32,000 nucleotides of DNA from Klebsiella phage phiKp_27: the sequence record LC768497.1; one strand, written 5' to 3'. This document shows positions 1 to 9,382 of the stretch, piece by piece; the stretch's first letter is position 1, and every line of letters begins with the position of its first letter. The notes below the pieces were generated by a model that had not been told where the DNA came from, searched no databases, and worked only from the letters and a program-made list of their open reading frames with translations. Made by a program: the position numbers and the translations under genes.

Positions 1-90
1 AAATGTCATGGTACTGGTGTAGATAAGAACGGCAAGATGTGCGTACACGCACTGTCCTGCCCGTGTCCTAAGTGTAGCTGGAGCTGTTAA
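1..90 (+). CDS. C-terminal end of a Cys-rich small protein (partial; ...KCHGTGVDKNGKMCVHALSCPCPKCSWSC)
   Basis: Open frame from window edge to TAA at 88-90, directly followed by the ATG at 92; CxxG and CPCPKC motifs suggest a metal-binding knuckle. Confidence 0.6.
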   Translation, partial: KCHGTGVDKNGKMCVHALSCPCPKCSWSC

Positions 91-91
91 T

Positions 92-529
92 ATGAATCTA
101 GGATATTGTGTAGTACATGAATTCATGGAGCAGGGGTTGCCGGATCGTATTTGCGTTGTAACCTCTCGTAATCTGGAAGCAGCCCAATCTCTAGTGGAGC
201 GACTCTCTGGTTACTATCGTGACCATGAACGTTACCAGCAGAAAGTATTTGACCTGACAAAACTGTACCATCAAAAAGCTCTGGATATGCCAACTCCGCA
301 GCTGGACGATCTCAAGCAGTTTAGTCCTGAGGCCTGGTATAGCGTCAAAGACGCCAGTCCGGTAGACTATACCGTACAGGTATTCTCGCATTATGGTACT
401 CGTCACTGGATAAATCGCAAGTGGGATACCATGGTTGACTTCCTTAATTCGGAACTCGAAAAAGGAGCTGCCGAATACAAAAGAAAGCGTGCCGAAGCCA
501 AAGTATTGAAAAATTCAGTTGCATTGTAG
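92..529 (+). CDS. hypothetical phage protein (145 aa)
   Basis: ORF track; tightly packed in collinear operon. Confidence 0.75.
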   Translation: MNLGYCVVHEFMEQGLPDRICVVTSRNLEAAQSLVERLSGYYRDHERYQQKVFDLTKLYHQKALDMPTPQLDDLKQFSPEAWYSVKDASPVDYTVQVFSHYGTRHWINRKWDTMVDFLNSELEKGAAEYKRKRAEAKVLKNSVAL

Positions 530-535
530 GCGATT

Positions 536-580
536 TTTCGATATAATAGTTACATAAATTGATAGGGAGAGCTTCATGAG
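536..580 (+). promoter_or_regulatory. sigma70-like promoter / 5'UTR cassette (TATAATAGTTACATAAATTGATAGGGAGAG)
   Basis: TATAAT near 543 followed by AT-rich leader and purine-rich RBS before ATG 576. Confidence 0.55.
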
Positions 581-899
581 CAAACTAAGTATTGAAAGCA
601 TTATCCGCCCGTTAATGCACGGGTATGTACAAGGTTCCTGTGTAAGCGAAACTGAAGCTCTCAATGTTATCGAAGAAGAGCTGGTGGCTAACGGGTATAA
701 TCTTCACGAAGGTGTTATCGAGGATCTCTTCTGGCAGACCGCGGAAGATATGGAGATCTTTCGGTGCGTGAATTGTGGGTGGTGGTGTCCTGCTTTTGAA
801 AGGGCGGAGAACCAAATAGAGGAAATCTGCCGGGACTGTGAGCCAGACCTCGAAGGTGAAGTTGACGAACAAGATAACGAAGGTGAAGACTATGAGTAA
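576..899 (+). CDS. hypothetical protein with CxxC...CxxC zinc-ribbon-like motif (CVNCGWWCP ... CRDC), acidic C-terminus
   Basis: ORF with RBS; two Cys pairs visible in translation. Confidence 0.75.
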   Translation: MSKLSIESIIRPLMHGYVQGSCVSETEALNVIEEELVANGYNLHEGVIEDLFWQTAEDMEIFRCVNCGWWCPAFERAENQIEEICRDCEPDLEGEVDEQDNEGEDYE

Positions 900-1164
900 G
901 CGTTCAATTGCAGCAATCATCGTATTCAGTATGATGTACTCTGGAGTATCTCTGGCCGCAGATCGTAATAAAGTAGAGATCTCTGATAACGGGCGGGTTC
1001 GTGTAACAACGAATGGGATTACTAAAGAAGCTGGTAAGTTTCGTAAATCTGAAACCCGTTTTGGGGAAACTAAGATCTACACGAACAAAACCTACGGCAA
1101 GCCCGCTGTGACACTGGACCGCTACGGTCGTCAGGTAGAAGACGAGGATGATAGCGATGAGTAA
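892..1164 (+). CDS. small exported/periplasmic protein with N-terminal signal peptide
   Basis: ATGAGTAA overlap with upstream gene supports start at 892 (MSKRSIAAIIVFSMMYSGVSLAAD...), typical signal peptide ending SLA-A. Confidence 0.7.
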   Translation: MSKRSIAAIIVFSMMYSGVSLAADRNKVEISDNGRVRVTTNGITKEAGKFRKSETRFGETKIYTNKTYGKPAVTLDRYGRQVEDEDDSDE

Positions 1165-1591
1165 TCTTCACCCCAAACTTCAAGAGACCCTAGACTGGAT
1201 TAATGAAGAGTGCGCTTTTGAGGAAGCTCCTTATTCAGTCTGGGCAAGAGCCGGGGCAGTACCCTCTGAGTGGTGTACTGTGTTTGATTCTCGTTACCGG
1301 ATAACCGTTGAGCTAAGTCTAAAAGAGGACAAAGTATACGCTAAAGCCTCTATGACCGCTCTAGGATTATCCGGGTTCGTGGAGATGCAAGAGCTTTGTA
1401 TGCCTAATTCCCACCTTCGGGTTCAGATCGAGCAGTTGGCAACAATTCGTTTGATGTTGCCAGAAGATAACATCAATGACCATTTCCATAAGGTTATTGA
1501 AAACGAATACAAGCTACGACGGCAACGTCGCAAAGCACGACGGGAAGTAGAGAAGACTCGGATGATGTGTAACATGAATCCACACGTATAA
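1148..1591 (+). CDS. hypothetical protein (about 147 aa; internal start MSNLHP possible)
   Basis: ORF track; overlaps end of preceding gene. Confidence 0.7.
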   Translation: MIAMSNLHPKLQETLDWINEECAFEEAPYSVWARAGAVPSEWCTVFDSRYRITVELSLKEDKVYAKASMTALGLSGFVEMQELCMPNSHLRVQIEQLATIRLMLPEDNINDHFHKVIENEYKLRRQRRKARREVEKTRMMCNMNPHV

Positions 1592-1710
1592 CGGTAGGGC
1601 CGTTATAGGAGTCACCTTCCTGTTCCTATCCGGAGTCGTGCCCGCGATGAACGAAGTGGTGAGTTGGTCGCCGACCATTAACTAATTCAAAGACAAACTG
1701 AGGAAGCAAA

Positions 1711-2103
1711 ATGTTTACTTTATTTATCCTGGCAGTATCAGCGTGGATGGCAGTTGGTATCAATCATGGTCTGGACTCTGCTAAGCTGCTGTCAGCTAAA
1801 GCCTTCGAGTTCCTAGCAAAGTTTGCCACCCGTAAAGATATCGAGGCCATCATCGCAAAAGGCGGTGCCAAAGATGCATCGGGTGTCCTGAAGTCCTTCG
1901 ATAAGATCCTAGAGCTTCGTAATGGTAAGCATGCCGTAGAACTCCGCTGTATGAGCCGCAAGACTATCGGCAGACTGTGTAAGGCTATTTTCATCCTACA
2001 GGGGGCTTTGAAAGGCCCGTTCGCTAAGTATAAACCGGATAGCATCAAGCGAGCCAAGATCTTTAACGATTACTGTGTGGAACATCACCCGTTAAATCGC
2101 TAA
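1711..2103 (+). CDS. hypothetical protein with N-terminal hydrophobic segment (130 aa)
   Basis: ORF with aagcaaa leader; followed by terminator. Confidence 0.7.
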   Translation: MFTLFILAVSAWMAVGINHGLDSAKLLSAKAFEFLAKFATRKDIEAIIAKGGAKDASGVLKSFDKILELRNGKHAVELRCMSRKTIGRLCKAIFILQGALKGPFAKYKPDSIKRAKIFNDYCVEHHPLNR

Positions 2104-2109
2104 CTACCC

Positions 2110-2146
2110 AAGCCCGACATCGAAAGGTGTTGGGCTTTTCTTTTTT
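2110..2146 (+). terminator. rho-independent terminator
   Basis: AAGCCCGACA / TGTTGGGCTT stem (one G-T pair) followed by TTTTCTTTTTT. Confidence 0.85.
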
Positions 2147-2147
2147 A

Positions 2148-2213
2148 AAAATTACTTGCACTCTCGCTTAAAATGTTGTATAATGGTTTTATAAATGAGA
2201 GGAGAACAAAGAT
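2148..2213 (+). promoter_or_regulatory. sigma70-like promoter / leader cassette
   Basis: TTGCAC...TATAATGGTTTTATAAATGAGAGGAGAAC preceding ATG. Confidence 0.6.
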
Positions 2214-2925
2214 GCGCATTATCTCTAAAGTTAAAGATGTATATGACCTGCAGGGCACCATGTACGACGCAGAACGCGTTTGGTATCGTGAAGAGATTAA
2301 GCAGGTTGTGAACGTACCCGCAGATTTCGAACAGATCATTTTCTACGCCAATCTGTTTGAGACTGTGAAGAACGGTAAGTTTGGGGTCTATCAGGTGGGA
2401 ACCCTAGAGATTCGTCCGGTTCTGATTTGCGGTACTTTGCGTTGGCTGTACGGATATCATACATACCGCCCTAACGGTGGTAACACCTGGATCGGCTATC
2501 ACTTCCAAACCTTCGAGCCGTCCAAAGTTATTGAGCTGATGGTAGAAGAAGGCTTATCCGTTCGTTTGGGCTGGGAAACCAATACAATCGAAAAGATTGA
2601 CGCTTATGTGCGTAACGCAACTGCTACGGCTTCTGCGTTCCTAGAGACCTTCAACAAGCCCATTGCTATGGCATGGGATGCTGCAAAGTCTAAGACAGAC
2701 CCAACGGTTAATATTACCGTTAAAACTGATTTCAACTTCCATGCGGAAGAATTCCCGTGGCAGGAAATTGATCCAAACCTGTATCGCTGGCACCAGACCT
2801 TAGAATCGTATATCTTCGGTGTGCTGGGTCAAGGGGAACCAAAGACCGAATCTACGTCTGATCGTGATCGGTTAATTGCTAAGGGCTTCGATGCTAAAGT
2901 TTCTTTCAGGAATATGGAGCGGTAA
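2212..2925 (+). CDS. hypothetical protein (about 237 aa from start MRIISKVKDV)
   Basis: ORF track starts at 2173, but the RBS GAGAGGAGAAC is placed for the internal ATG near 2212. Confidence 0.75.
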   Translation: MRIISKVKDVYDLQGTMYDAERVWYREEIKQVVNVPADFEQIIFYANLFETVKNGKFGVYQVGTLEIRPVLICGTLRWLYGYHTYRPNGGNTWIGYHFQTFEPSKVIELMVEEGLSVRLGWETNTIEKIDAYVRNATATASAFLETFNKPIAMAWDAAKSKTDPTVNITVKTDFNFHAEEFPWQEIDPNLYRWHQTLESYIFGVLGQGEPKTESTSDRDRLIAKGFDAKVSFRNMER

Positions 2926-3352
2926 GACTGGAGCAATTCTGTTTCTGGCAATTGCAGCAGGCACCTTCGGTGGTGCCTACTACATTACCAATAAGCTAAC
3001 AGATATGTCCAGTTCTTTACAGTCCCTATCAAACCGTAATGAACAACTAGAAAAGACAATTGGTAATCTCCAAACAGAGATTCGAAATCGAGATCGCAAC
3101 ACCACTACCTACATAACCAACCTAGCTAAGAACCAGGAAGATCTGGATGGGCGTATTAATAAACTGGATGCAGCTAGAGCCAAAGAGGGCGTGGTTGCCG
3201 CTAAACCTAAACTTGCTACCAAAGTGGCAAAAGACAAAGTTAATGAGTTCCAGGAGAGACTTTCATGCGTAACTGGAAATATGGACTCCTGCTCTCGGCT
3301 GCAATCATCGCATCCGGGTGTGCAGAACGGCCAGACCCAAGTAGCACAGTAA
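2876..3352 (+). CDS. Rz-like inner-membrane spanin candidate (N-terminal TM, coiled-coil); true start may be downstream at MLKFL
   Basis: TM segment ILFLAIAAGTFGGAYYI then long heptad-rich helix; overlapped by a lipoprotein gene in another frame, classic Rz/Rz1 architecture. Confidence 0.65.
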   Translation: MLRASMLKFLSGIWSGKTGAILFLAIAAGTFGGAYYITNKLTDMSSSLQSLSNRNEQLEKTIGNLQTEIRNRDRNTTTYITNLAKNQEDLDGRINKLDAARAKEGVVAAKPKLATKVAKDKVNEFQERLSCVTGNMDSCSRLQSSHPGVQNGQTQVAQ

Positions 3353-3594
3353 CGGGAATAGAGCCGCAACACCTACCGTGGCCAGCAAGCCTACAGACTT
3401 GCCCGTTTAATTTTGAGTTCATAAATGAAGAAGGGAAAGTGTATGTTCGCATACCTTACCAAGATTGGATCACAATGGGCAAGTGTAATGAGCAGGTCTA
3501 CACCTACATTGCCAATCTAACTGCATTAACGTGTACCTATCGCGTGTCACTTAATGAATATCGTTGCAAACCGTTCAATAAGGAAACAAAATGA
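3265..3594 (+). CDS. Rz1-like outer-membrane lipoprotein spanin candidate
   Basis: N-terminus MRNWKYGLLLSAAIIASGC has lipobox; overlaps the Rz-like gene by ~88 nt. Confidence 0.6.
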   Translation: MRNWKYGLLLSAAIIASGCAERPDPSSTVTGIEPQHLPWPASLQTCPFNFEFINEEGKVYVRIPYQDWITMGKCNEQVYTYIANLTALTCTYRVSLNEYRCKPFNKETK

Positions 3595-4352
3595 AATACG
3601 TTTTAGGATTAGTTGGTGATGCCGGCGCAGGCAAAGACACCTTTGCTGACATGGCTAAGGTTTGGGCCTGGGAAATCCTCGGTCCGGAGTATTCTATCAG
3701 TAAATTCAGTTTTGCAGCTCCAGTTTACGAACTCGCGGCTGTAATCCTTGGAGTCACGCCAGAAAAGCTGGCAGAGCGCAGGACAAAAGAGATTAAGCAG
3801 TGGTTTTGGGTGACTCAGGAAGCCCTTGAGCGTACTGCTAACGTCTGGAAGCGTTTTGGGATCGACAAGTACGCCGATTTCTCTTACGTTTGGCCTCAGT
3901 TTGAAGCGTCAACACTATATCCGTTGATTGCTAAGACTGCTCCAGACTTTTATCAGGGTCACGAGACCCCGCTGTACCCATTATACACGTCCCCTCGTAA
4001 AATGCTAGAATTTGTTGGCACGGAGTTAGGACGCGCTCTGGTGGATGAGAACTTGTGGTTAAATATTGTGGTCGATCGTATCACTGCTACCAAAGCTGAC
4101 ATTAGTATTATTTCTGATGTTCGTTTTGATAATGAAGCCGCTCTAGTTCGGAACTTCCCCGGTGCGCAGAACTCTAGTATTCTTAAAGTTCACGCCCCTA
4201 ACAACATCCACGCTATCCAATCTACTCATGCCTCTGCTAGAGGTGTTGCACCCGAGTTTATTGATGATGTGGTCACAAATAACTTTGACGGACTGGAAAA
4301 TTTCCGTAAAAATGTAAACGCGTTTTGCGACGAGAGGATTCTCTTTATATAA
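3591..4352 (+). CDS. dnk: deoxynucleoside-5'-monophosphate kinase (T5 Dnk-like)
   Basis: P-loop GLVGDAGAGKDTFAD; length and overall layout match the T5-type dNMP kinase family. Confidence 0.9.
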   Translation: MKYVLGLVGDAGAGKDTFADMAKVWAWEILGPEYSISKFSFAAPVYELAAVILGVTPEKLAERRTKEIKQWFWVTQEALERTANVWKRFGIDKYADFSYVWPQFEASTLYPLIAKTAPDFYQGHETPLYPLYTSPRKMLEFVGTELGRALVDENLWLNIVVDRITATKADISIISDVRFDNEAALVRNFPGAQNSSILKVHAPNNIHAIQSTHASARGVAPEFIDDVVTNNFDGLENFRKNVNAFCDERILFI

Positions 4353-4361
4353 GGTAACAAT

Positions 4362-4973
4362 ATGGGACAAATTAATAACGTAGAGCAGAAAGGTGGCAAT
4401 AAGACTCCTAATTACTTCGCCTCCCTGGTGGCGACTAAGGCAGAGTATAATATTTACCACTATCATCTCGATGGGCCGATAGTCGATGTAGACTACTACC
4501 GCGACCTATCAGTCACTCTGGCAACTATGCAAGAGGGAGACACTCTTAATCTTTATATTAATAGTCCCGGCGGGTACGTTGATACAGCAGTTCAGTTGTG
4601 CAACCTTATCATGAACTGCCAGGGAACCGTGATTGGGCATCTGGTTGGGCCATCAGCATCAGCTGCCTGCTCAATCTTCCTAGCCTGCCACGGCTGGCTG
4701 GTGCACCCTTACGTTATGTTGATGGGCCATACCTATCGTGGTGCGCACTATGGTAAGGGCAAGAACGAGATCCAGCACTATGCAGATCAGTTTAACTCAT
4801 TCTTTGAGGATATGATGCTAGACCTGTACTACCCGTTCTTCTCTCTAGAAGAGATCACTGAGATGATAGAGGGCGGTAAGGATATTTGGCTGACCTCCAA
4901 AGAGATTAACGAACGAGTAGATCGTATGGCTGCGCACCGAGAGCAAGAAGCTCGTAAAGCTGCGGGTCAATAA
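4362..4973 (+). CDS. clpP: ClpP-like ATP-dependent protease proteolytic subunit homolog
   Basis: NSPGGYVDTAVQLCNLI, GPSASAACSIFLAC (catalytic Ser region) and MGHTYRG motifs. Confidence 0.85.
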   Translation: MGQINNVEQKGGNKTPNYFASLVATKAEYNIYHYHLDGPIVDVDYYRDLSVTLATMQEGDTLNLYINSPGGYVDTAVQLCNLIMNCQGTVIGHLVGPSASAACSIFLACHGWLVHPYVMLMGHTYRGAHYGKGKNEIQHYADQFNSFFEDMMLDLYYPFFSLEEITEMIEGGKDIWLTSKEINERVDRMAAHREQEARKAAGQ

Positions 4974-4981
4974 AACTAAGT

Positions 4982-5013
4982 AGGCCAGGGCTTTTTAGCT
5001 CTGGCCTTTTTCT
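4982..5013 (+). terminator. rho-independent terminator
   Basis: AGGCCAG...CTGGCCT stem followed by TTTTTCTTT. Confidence 0.85.
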
Positions 5014-5130
5014 TTATCTAAATTCTACTTGACATTTGTCCCAAAGTATGATCCGAGCAATAACTATAAAATTTTATTGCAACTTCCTCCAATAAAGGGT
5101 ATAATTATAAATGGTTAGAGGAGGTTCTTA

Positions 5131-5793
5131 ATGGATAAATTTATACAGTTGATATCGCTGTTACTACAAGAAGCGAAGGATCCAGCTTCTCTTCTTAAAC
5201 GTTTGCTAACCTTACTGGTTGGTCTAGTTATCTACCTCTTTATAGCTAATACGAGTGAAGTCATGTCGTACTTGAAGACTTTCTCTACTTCGGCGGTCCT
5301 ACAAGATGTTAAAGTACAACGCACACTAGAGTTTCCAAATGTGGCACGAGAGAAGGCAATGATCCTATTCTCACAGACTCGAGCTGATGCCGTCTTCGTG
5401 GTTAAATACAAGCCTGAGGCTATAAATGATTACCAAACTATCATAGCTTGGGAAAGCAACGTTCAGTTGGATAAATCCGATGTATCCGACAAAGCAGTTG
5501 ACAAGACGTCTATGCTCTACAGAGCGCATTTAGACGGTCTGAACTTTGCAATTGATGCAAGGGAAAAACGAGGTTTATCGAAGTGGTCTGGAACGGGTTT
5601 GCCACCGTTCAAGAGTGCAAATTTCGAGTATGTGTACACGTGCCCATATTTTAACCTTAATAACATCTACGCTGGATATGTTGCCGTCGCGTGGGAGAAA
5701 TACCCACTATTAGACGAAGACATGAGCATGTTTAATGACTATATGGCAAAAATCTGCGCATCGCCGCAGAGATCACTAGGGAGATCAATATGA
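5131..5793 (+). CDS. hol: T5-type holin (220 aa, N-terminal TM, large C-terminal domain)
   Basis: Immediately upstream of and overlapping (ATGA) the endolysin; size and layout match T5 holin. Confidence 0.8.
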   Translation: MDKFIQLISLLLQEAKDPASLLKRLLTLLVGLVIYLFIANTSEVMSYLKTFSTSAVLQDVKVQRTLEFPNVAREKAMILFSQTRADAVFVVKYKPEAINDYQTIIAWESNVQLDKSDVSDKAVDKTSMLYRAHLDGLNFAIDAREKRGLSKWSGTGLPPFKSANFEYVYTCPYFNLNNIYAGYVAVAWEKYPLLDEDMSMFNDYMAKICASPQRSLGRSI

Positions 5794-6203
5794 GTTTCAG
5801 ATTTGGAAACCGTAGTCTCCAGCAGCTCGATACTGTAGATCCTAAACTTAAGGCTCTGGCTATTCGTGCTCTGGAACTCTCACCACACGATTTTACCATC
5901 ATTCAGGGCAAACGTACTGTGCAACAGAGTGCCCAGAATATTGCCAATGGCACCTCATTTTTAAAAGACCCTAGCAAGTCTAAGCACGTTACGGGAAAGG
6001 CCATTGATTTCGCTCCGTATATTAATGGTAAGATTGACTGGAACGACTTGGAAGCATTCTGGGCTATTGTCGGTGCATTTAAAAAGGCCGCAAATGAAAT
6101 GAACATCGCCGTTCGTTTCGGAGCGGATTGGAACAACTCTGGCGACTACCGTGATGAAATCCAACGCGGAACGTATGACGGCGGACACGTGGAGTTACTG
6201 TGA
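5790..6203 (+). CDS. lys: L-alanyl-D-glutamate peptidase endolysin (T5 Lys-like, VanY/M15 fold)
   Basis: Motifs IIQGKRTVQQSAQN, SKHVTGKAIDFAP, GGHVELL; zinc-peptidase H/D/H pattern; 137 aa like T5 lysozyme. Confidence 0.92.
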   Translation: MSFRFGNRSLQQLDTVDPKLKALAIRALELSPHDFTIIQGKRTVQQSAQNIANGTSFLKDPSKSKHVTGKAIDFAPYINGKIDWNDLEAFWAIVGAFKKAANEMNIAVRFGADWNNSGDYRDEIQRGTYDGGHVELL

Positions 6204-6257
6204 CATTAAGGGGAGCTTTTAGGCTCCCCTTCTTTGTATGGAGCAAGCAAATAGGAG

Positions 6258-6680
6258 GTGGTTATGTTTGCAAGTTTAGTAACTATAATGCTACTCAAGA
6301 TATTTCAATTCGGTATAGTATTCTTTTCCGCAACATGGATTTTAATACGCGGTGCCATTTATTTTCGCAGAACACGCTTAGCTAGGGTTGCTAGATGGCT
6401 CCTACATTTCGTATTTGGTATTTTTGGTGTGTTTCGCTGTCCATGTGAGAAAAAGAGAGGGACAGGGTTTTGCTGGCTCTGGTTAAGTCTAGAGAATTGC
6501 TTCTCATTGTCCTTGGCGTTGTTATTCGGTATGATAGTCCTAGCTATAACGCTAGCATTTATACCACTAATGTACGCAGGTGGGGTGACGTCTATCCTAA
6601 CCCTTACTTCTCCTGTGTTGATGTACTCAGTCTACCCCATTACACTATTTTTCGTAAGACGAGGCAAGTACTGCGATTAA
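6258..6680 (+). CDS. multi-pass membrane protein, unknown
   Basis: Four or more hydrophobic stretches in translation; alternative start near 6264 after RBS AGGAGGTGG. Confidence 0.65.
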   Translation: MVMFASLVTIMLLKIFQFGIVFFSATWILIRGAIYFRRTRLARVARWLLHFVFGIFGVFRCPCEKKRGTGFCWLWLSLENCFSLSLALLFGMIVLAITLAFIPLMYAGGVTSILTLTSPVLMYSVYPITLFFVRRGKYCD

Positions 6681-6696
6681 TGAAAAATTCAATTGA

Positions 6697-6755
6697 CTTT
6701 CTACTCGATTTAGCGTATAATATATTTATAAATTCGAGAGAGGAGATACAAAATG
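6697..6755 (+). promoter_or_regulatory. sigma70-like promoter / leader cassette
   Basis: TTGACT-17nt-TATAAT then TATTTATAAATTCGAGAGAGGAG before ATG. Confidence 0.75.
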
Positions 6756-7157
6756 TCGGACAGATTCTACACTCAGATGTGCGAGCATTTTAAAGTAGCT
6801 CCCTACGAGTTAAATATAGCTCTGCGGGATCGTGAGTCACCGGAGTTTAAGAAAATTGCTAAGAAATCGGAGGGTGTTATGTCCAACGGTAAGAAAATGA
6901 CCCGAATTGACCTTAACAATGCGCTAACCGAACTGCTCGGCGTTAACATTGAGGGCCAGAAACTTTCCATGCCAACTTTAACCACTATTTTGGCAAAAGT
7001 CAAGGCAGGAGATGTTAAAAAAGTAGCAGTGCCTGAGGGTCGTCTGAAAAAGCCGTATCAGGAAGCTGTAATGGAAGCTTTCGGAGAAAAGCTAGACCTG
7101 GATACCGCAACTGTAAAAACAATGAAAACACTATTGGAGAGTATTAATAATGTCTAA
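6753..7157 (+). CDS. hypothetical protein (134 aa)
   Basis: ORF with strong RBS. Confidence 0.8.
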   Translation: MSDRFYTQMCEHFKVAPYELNIALRDRESPEFKKIAKKSEGVMSNGKKMTRIDLNNALTELLGVNIEGQKLSMPTLTTILAKVKAGDVKKVAVPEGRLKKPYQEAVMEAFGEKLDLDTATVKTMKTLLESINNV

Positions 7158-7434
7158 GAAGATTGTATTCCTTAAAGGTTCTAACTGTGCCCCTTGTAAG
7201 CAGTTTGAACCTGTTTTTGATAAGCTCACCGCTGAGTTCAACCTGCCCGTTGAAAAACGCACGGACGACGTAGATTCCCTACGTAAGTTCGGCCTTCGCA
7301 CTGTACCCGCAGTAGTCCTGGTGGATGTGGAGAACGGACGTGAAGAAGCACATCACATTCTGAGTGGTGCCACGCTTCGCTCTGCAGTAGTTAGTAAAGC
7401 TATCCAAGACTTTATCGACTACGTAGAAGAATAA
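7150..7434 (+). CDS. thioredoxin-like protein
   Basis: VFLKGSNCAPCKQFEPVFDKL with CxxC active site and cis-Pro region TVPAVVLV. Confidence 0.85.
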   Translation: MSKKIVFLKGSNCAPCKQFEPVFDKLTAEFNLPVEKRTDDVDSLRKFGLRTVPAVVLVDVENGREEAHHILSGATLRSAVVSKAIQDFIDYVEE

Positions 7435-7440
7435 TACCTA

Positions 7441-7471
7441 ACCCCGGCTCAATACGAGACCGGGGTTTTTT
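7441..7471 (+). terminator. rho-independent terminator
   Basis: ACCCCGG/CCGGGGT stem followed by TTTTTT. Confidence 0.9.
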
Positions 7472-7479
7472 ATTACTTG

Positions 7480-7536
7480 CTAAACGCTTAAAATTTTGAT
7501 ATAATATTTATATTGAATTGAGAGAGGATTACATAA
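7480..7536 (+). promoter_or_regulatory. sigma70-like promoter / leader cassette
   Basis: GATATAATATTTATATTGAATTGAGAGAGGATTAC upstream of ATG 7536. Confidence 0.6.
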
Positions 7537-7937
7537 TGACTAAGCAAGCATATCTTATCCTGAATAACGGTTTTGCGGTTGGTACTACCTTCGTTGATCT
7601 GGGGTATACAAAAGAAGAGTGGCAAGCTCTCAGCCCCGAAGTAAAGACTCAGCTTGTTAACGAAGCCGCCTGGGAGTATGCAGAGGCTTACGTGGAAATG
7701 GTAGATGACGAGTTAGTTATTGTCGTATCTCTAGGCGCTGTAGGTTGTGATGCTCACGTACATACGGATTTCCAGAGCGAAGAAGAGTGGGATGAATTAG
7801 ATCTAACCCATCAAAATGCTCTGATCAACGAAGCGTTCTGGGAAGTCGTAGACTGCTACGTTGCGTTCTGTAAGGACGATGATGAAGCCAACACCTGCAC
7901 TAACTATGGCTACGAACATGACGATGTGGAGTGCTAA
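7536..7937 (+). CDS. acidic hypothetical protein with internal duplication
   Basis: RBS agagagg supports start MTKQAYLILNN at 7536. Confidence 0.75.
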   Translation: MTKQAYLILNNGFAVGTTFVDLGYTKEEWQALSPEVKTQLVNEAAWEYAEAYVEMVDDELVIVVSLGAVGCDAHVHTDFQSEEEWDELDLTHQNALINEAFWEVVDCYVAFCKDDDEANTCTNYGYEHDDVEC

Positions 7938-8300
7938 ATGCAAAAATTCTCTAGAGACTGGTCTTCTGATATGGCCCGTAAAAATCGAGCTGCTGCCTAC
8001 CATAATAAGAAAATACAGCTCGATAAGTTAATAAAGGGTATCACCTACAATGTAGAGAGGGGCTTTTCCGGCATAAAAGTAGATGCCAGGAGCTTGGACT
8101 ACTCGTGCATACTGTGGGCTAAGCAGAATGGGTACGCATTTAAACGAATAGGCAATGAAATACTGATTGCCTGGGAACCCGAAGGTCTAGTGCAATACGT
8201 AATATACGACCCTTATCGAGGGGAATATGTAAGAGATCACAGACAGCAGCCCACAGACTTCTCGCTGCCAAAACGTTACTATTTAGAGACGAGGTATTAA
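7938..8300 (+). CDS. hypothetical basic protein (120 aa)
   Basis: ORF abutting previous stop; TAATG overlap with the next gene. Confidence 0.75.
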   Translation: MQKFSRDWSSDMARKNRAAAYHNKKIQLDKLIKGITYNVERGFSGIKVDARSLDYSCILWAKQNGYAFKRIGNEILIAWEPEGLVQYVIYDPYRGEYVRDHRQQPTDFSLPKRYYLETRY

Positions 8301-9130
8301 TGAACGTTCACGAAACAGTTACCGTACCAGACAATGCTAATATCTTCTTCATTGGGGATATTCATGGCGAGTACGATATGATGATGGATGCCCTGAAACT
8401 TGCTGGGTATGAAGAAGGTCGTGACTACGTGTTCTGCGTAGGGGATCTTATCGACCGTGGCCCGAAGAACTTACAGGTTCTAGCGAAGTTCCTGTACAAC
8501 CCGAAATTCCGCTCTGTTCGTGGGAACCATGATGAATTCATGATCCAAGACGATTATGCTAACTGGATGTATAATGGTGGTAGCTGGACTATTACGGAAG
8601 GTTTCGATACGGACACCCTGAAAGGTATTGCAGAGGACATGGACAGCAAGATGCCGTACATGATGACCGTTGAACACCGTGGCAAGCGTTACGGGGTAGT
8701 TCATGCTGGTATCCCTCTACGCTACCAGGCTCAAGGTATGGGTGTAACTGTACCTGTGTGGGACGACATTGTGCACGAACACGAATCTACACCAGATTTA
8801 CGTCGTTTGGGTGTACTGCTGTGGGATCGTGATGTAATCCAGGAAGTTGGGTTTAACCTGTATCGTAGTGGGGAGAAGCATCCGTACTTCGATCGCTACT
8901 CTAGCTTCTCCGAGGAGTGCGCAGTCGATGTTCCTGAAATCGTGGGGGTAGACTACACGTTTCATGGCCATACTGGTGTCCCGTTCCCACTTCGCTGGAA
9001 GAACCGTGTCTATCTGGACACAGGTGGCACCTTTAACGGTCGCATGACCGTGGCGTCGCCAGTTCTAGGTCAATTATACACATTCACCACAAATCGTGAT
9101 GATCCCTGTGGTTCCGCTGACATTATTTAA
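8300..9130 (+). CDS. calcineurin-like serine/threonine protein phosphatase
   Basis: Signature motifs GDIHGEYD, GDLIDRGPKN, RGNHDEF, HAG, HGHTG. Confidence 0.9.
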   Translation: MNVHETVTVPDNANIFFIGDIHGEYDMMMDALKLAGYEEGRDYVFCVGDLIDRGPKNLQVLAKFLYNPKFRSVRGNHDEFMIQDDYANWMYNGGSWTITEGFDTDTLKGIAEDMDSKMPYMMTVEHRGKRYGVVHAGIPLRYQAQGMGVTVPVWDDIVHEHESTPDLRRLGVLLWDRDVIQEVGFNLYRSGEKHPYFDRYSSFSEECAVDVPEIVGVDYTFHGHTGVPFPLRWKNRVYLDTGGTFNGRMTVASPVLGQLYTFTTNRDDPCGSADII

Positions 9131-9140
9131 TAGGTGAAAC

Positions 9141-9374
9141 ATGAAACTTTTCAAAGATTTGGAAGAAGGTGAAGTATTCGTAGTTGCTGGTGGTTTCGAG
9201 TTGCAGAAATGTGTCGCAATGCTGGACAACGGCAACTCCGTGTTTACAGATGACGCGAATATCTCGGTTCTGGTTGCCCCGGACACTGAAACCTGGGAAC
9301 CCAAAGAATTTTGGGAGATCCATAAAGATCGTCCATTGGACGATCTACTGGACGACATTCTATTCACTGCCTGA
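9141..9374 (+). CDS. small hypothetical protein (77 aa)
   Basis: ORF with RBS (taggtgaaac). Confidence 0.7.
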   Translation: MKLFKDLEEGEVFVVAGGFELQKCVAMLDNGNSVFTDDANISVLVAPDTETWEPKEFWEIHKDRPLDDLLDDILFTA

Positions 9375-9382
9375 GGTAAATC

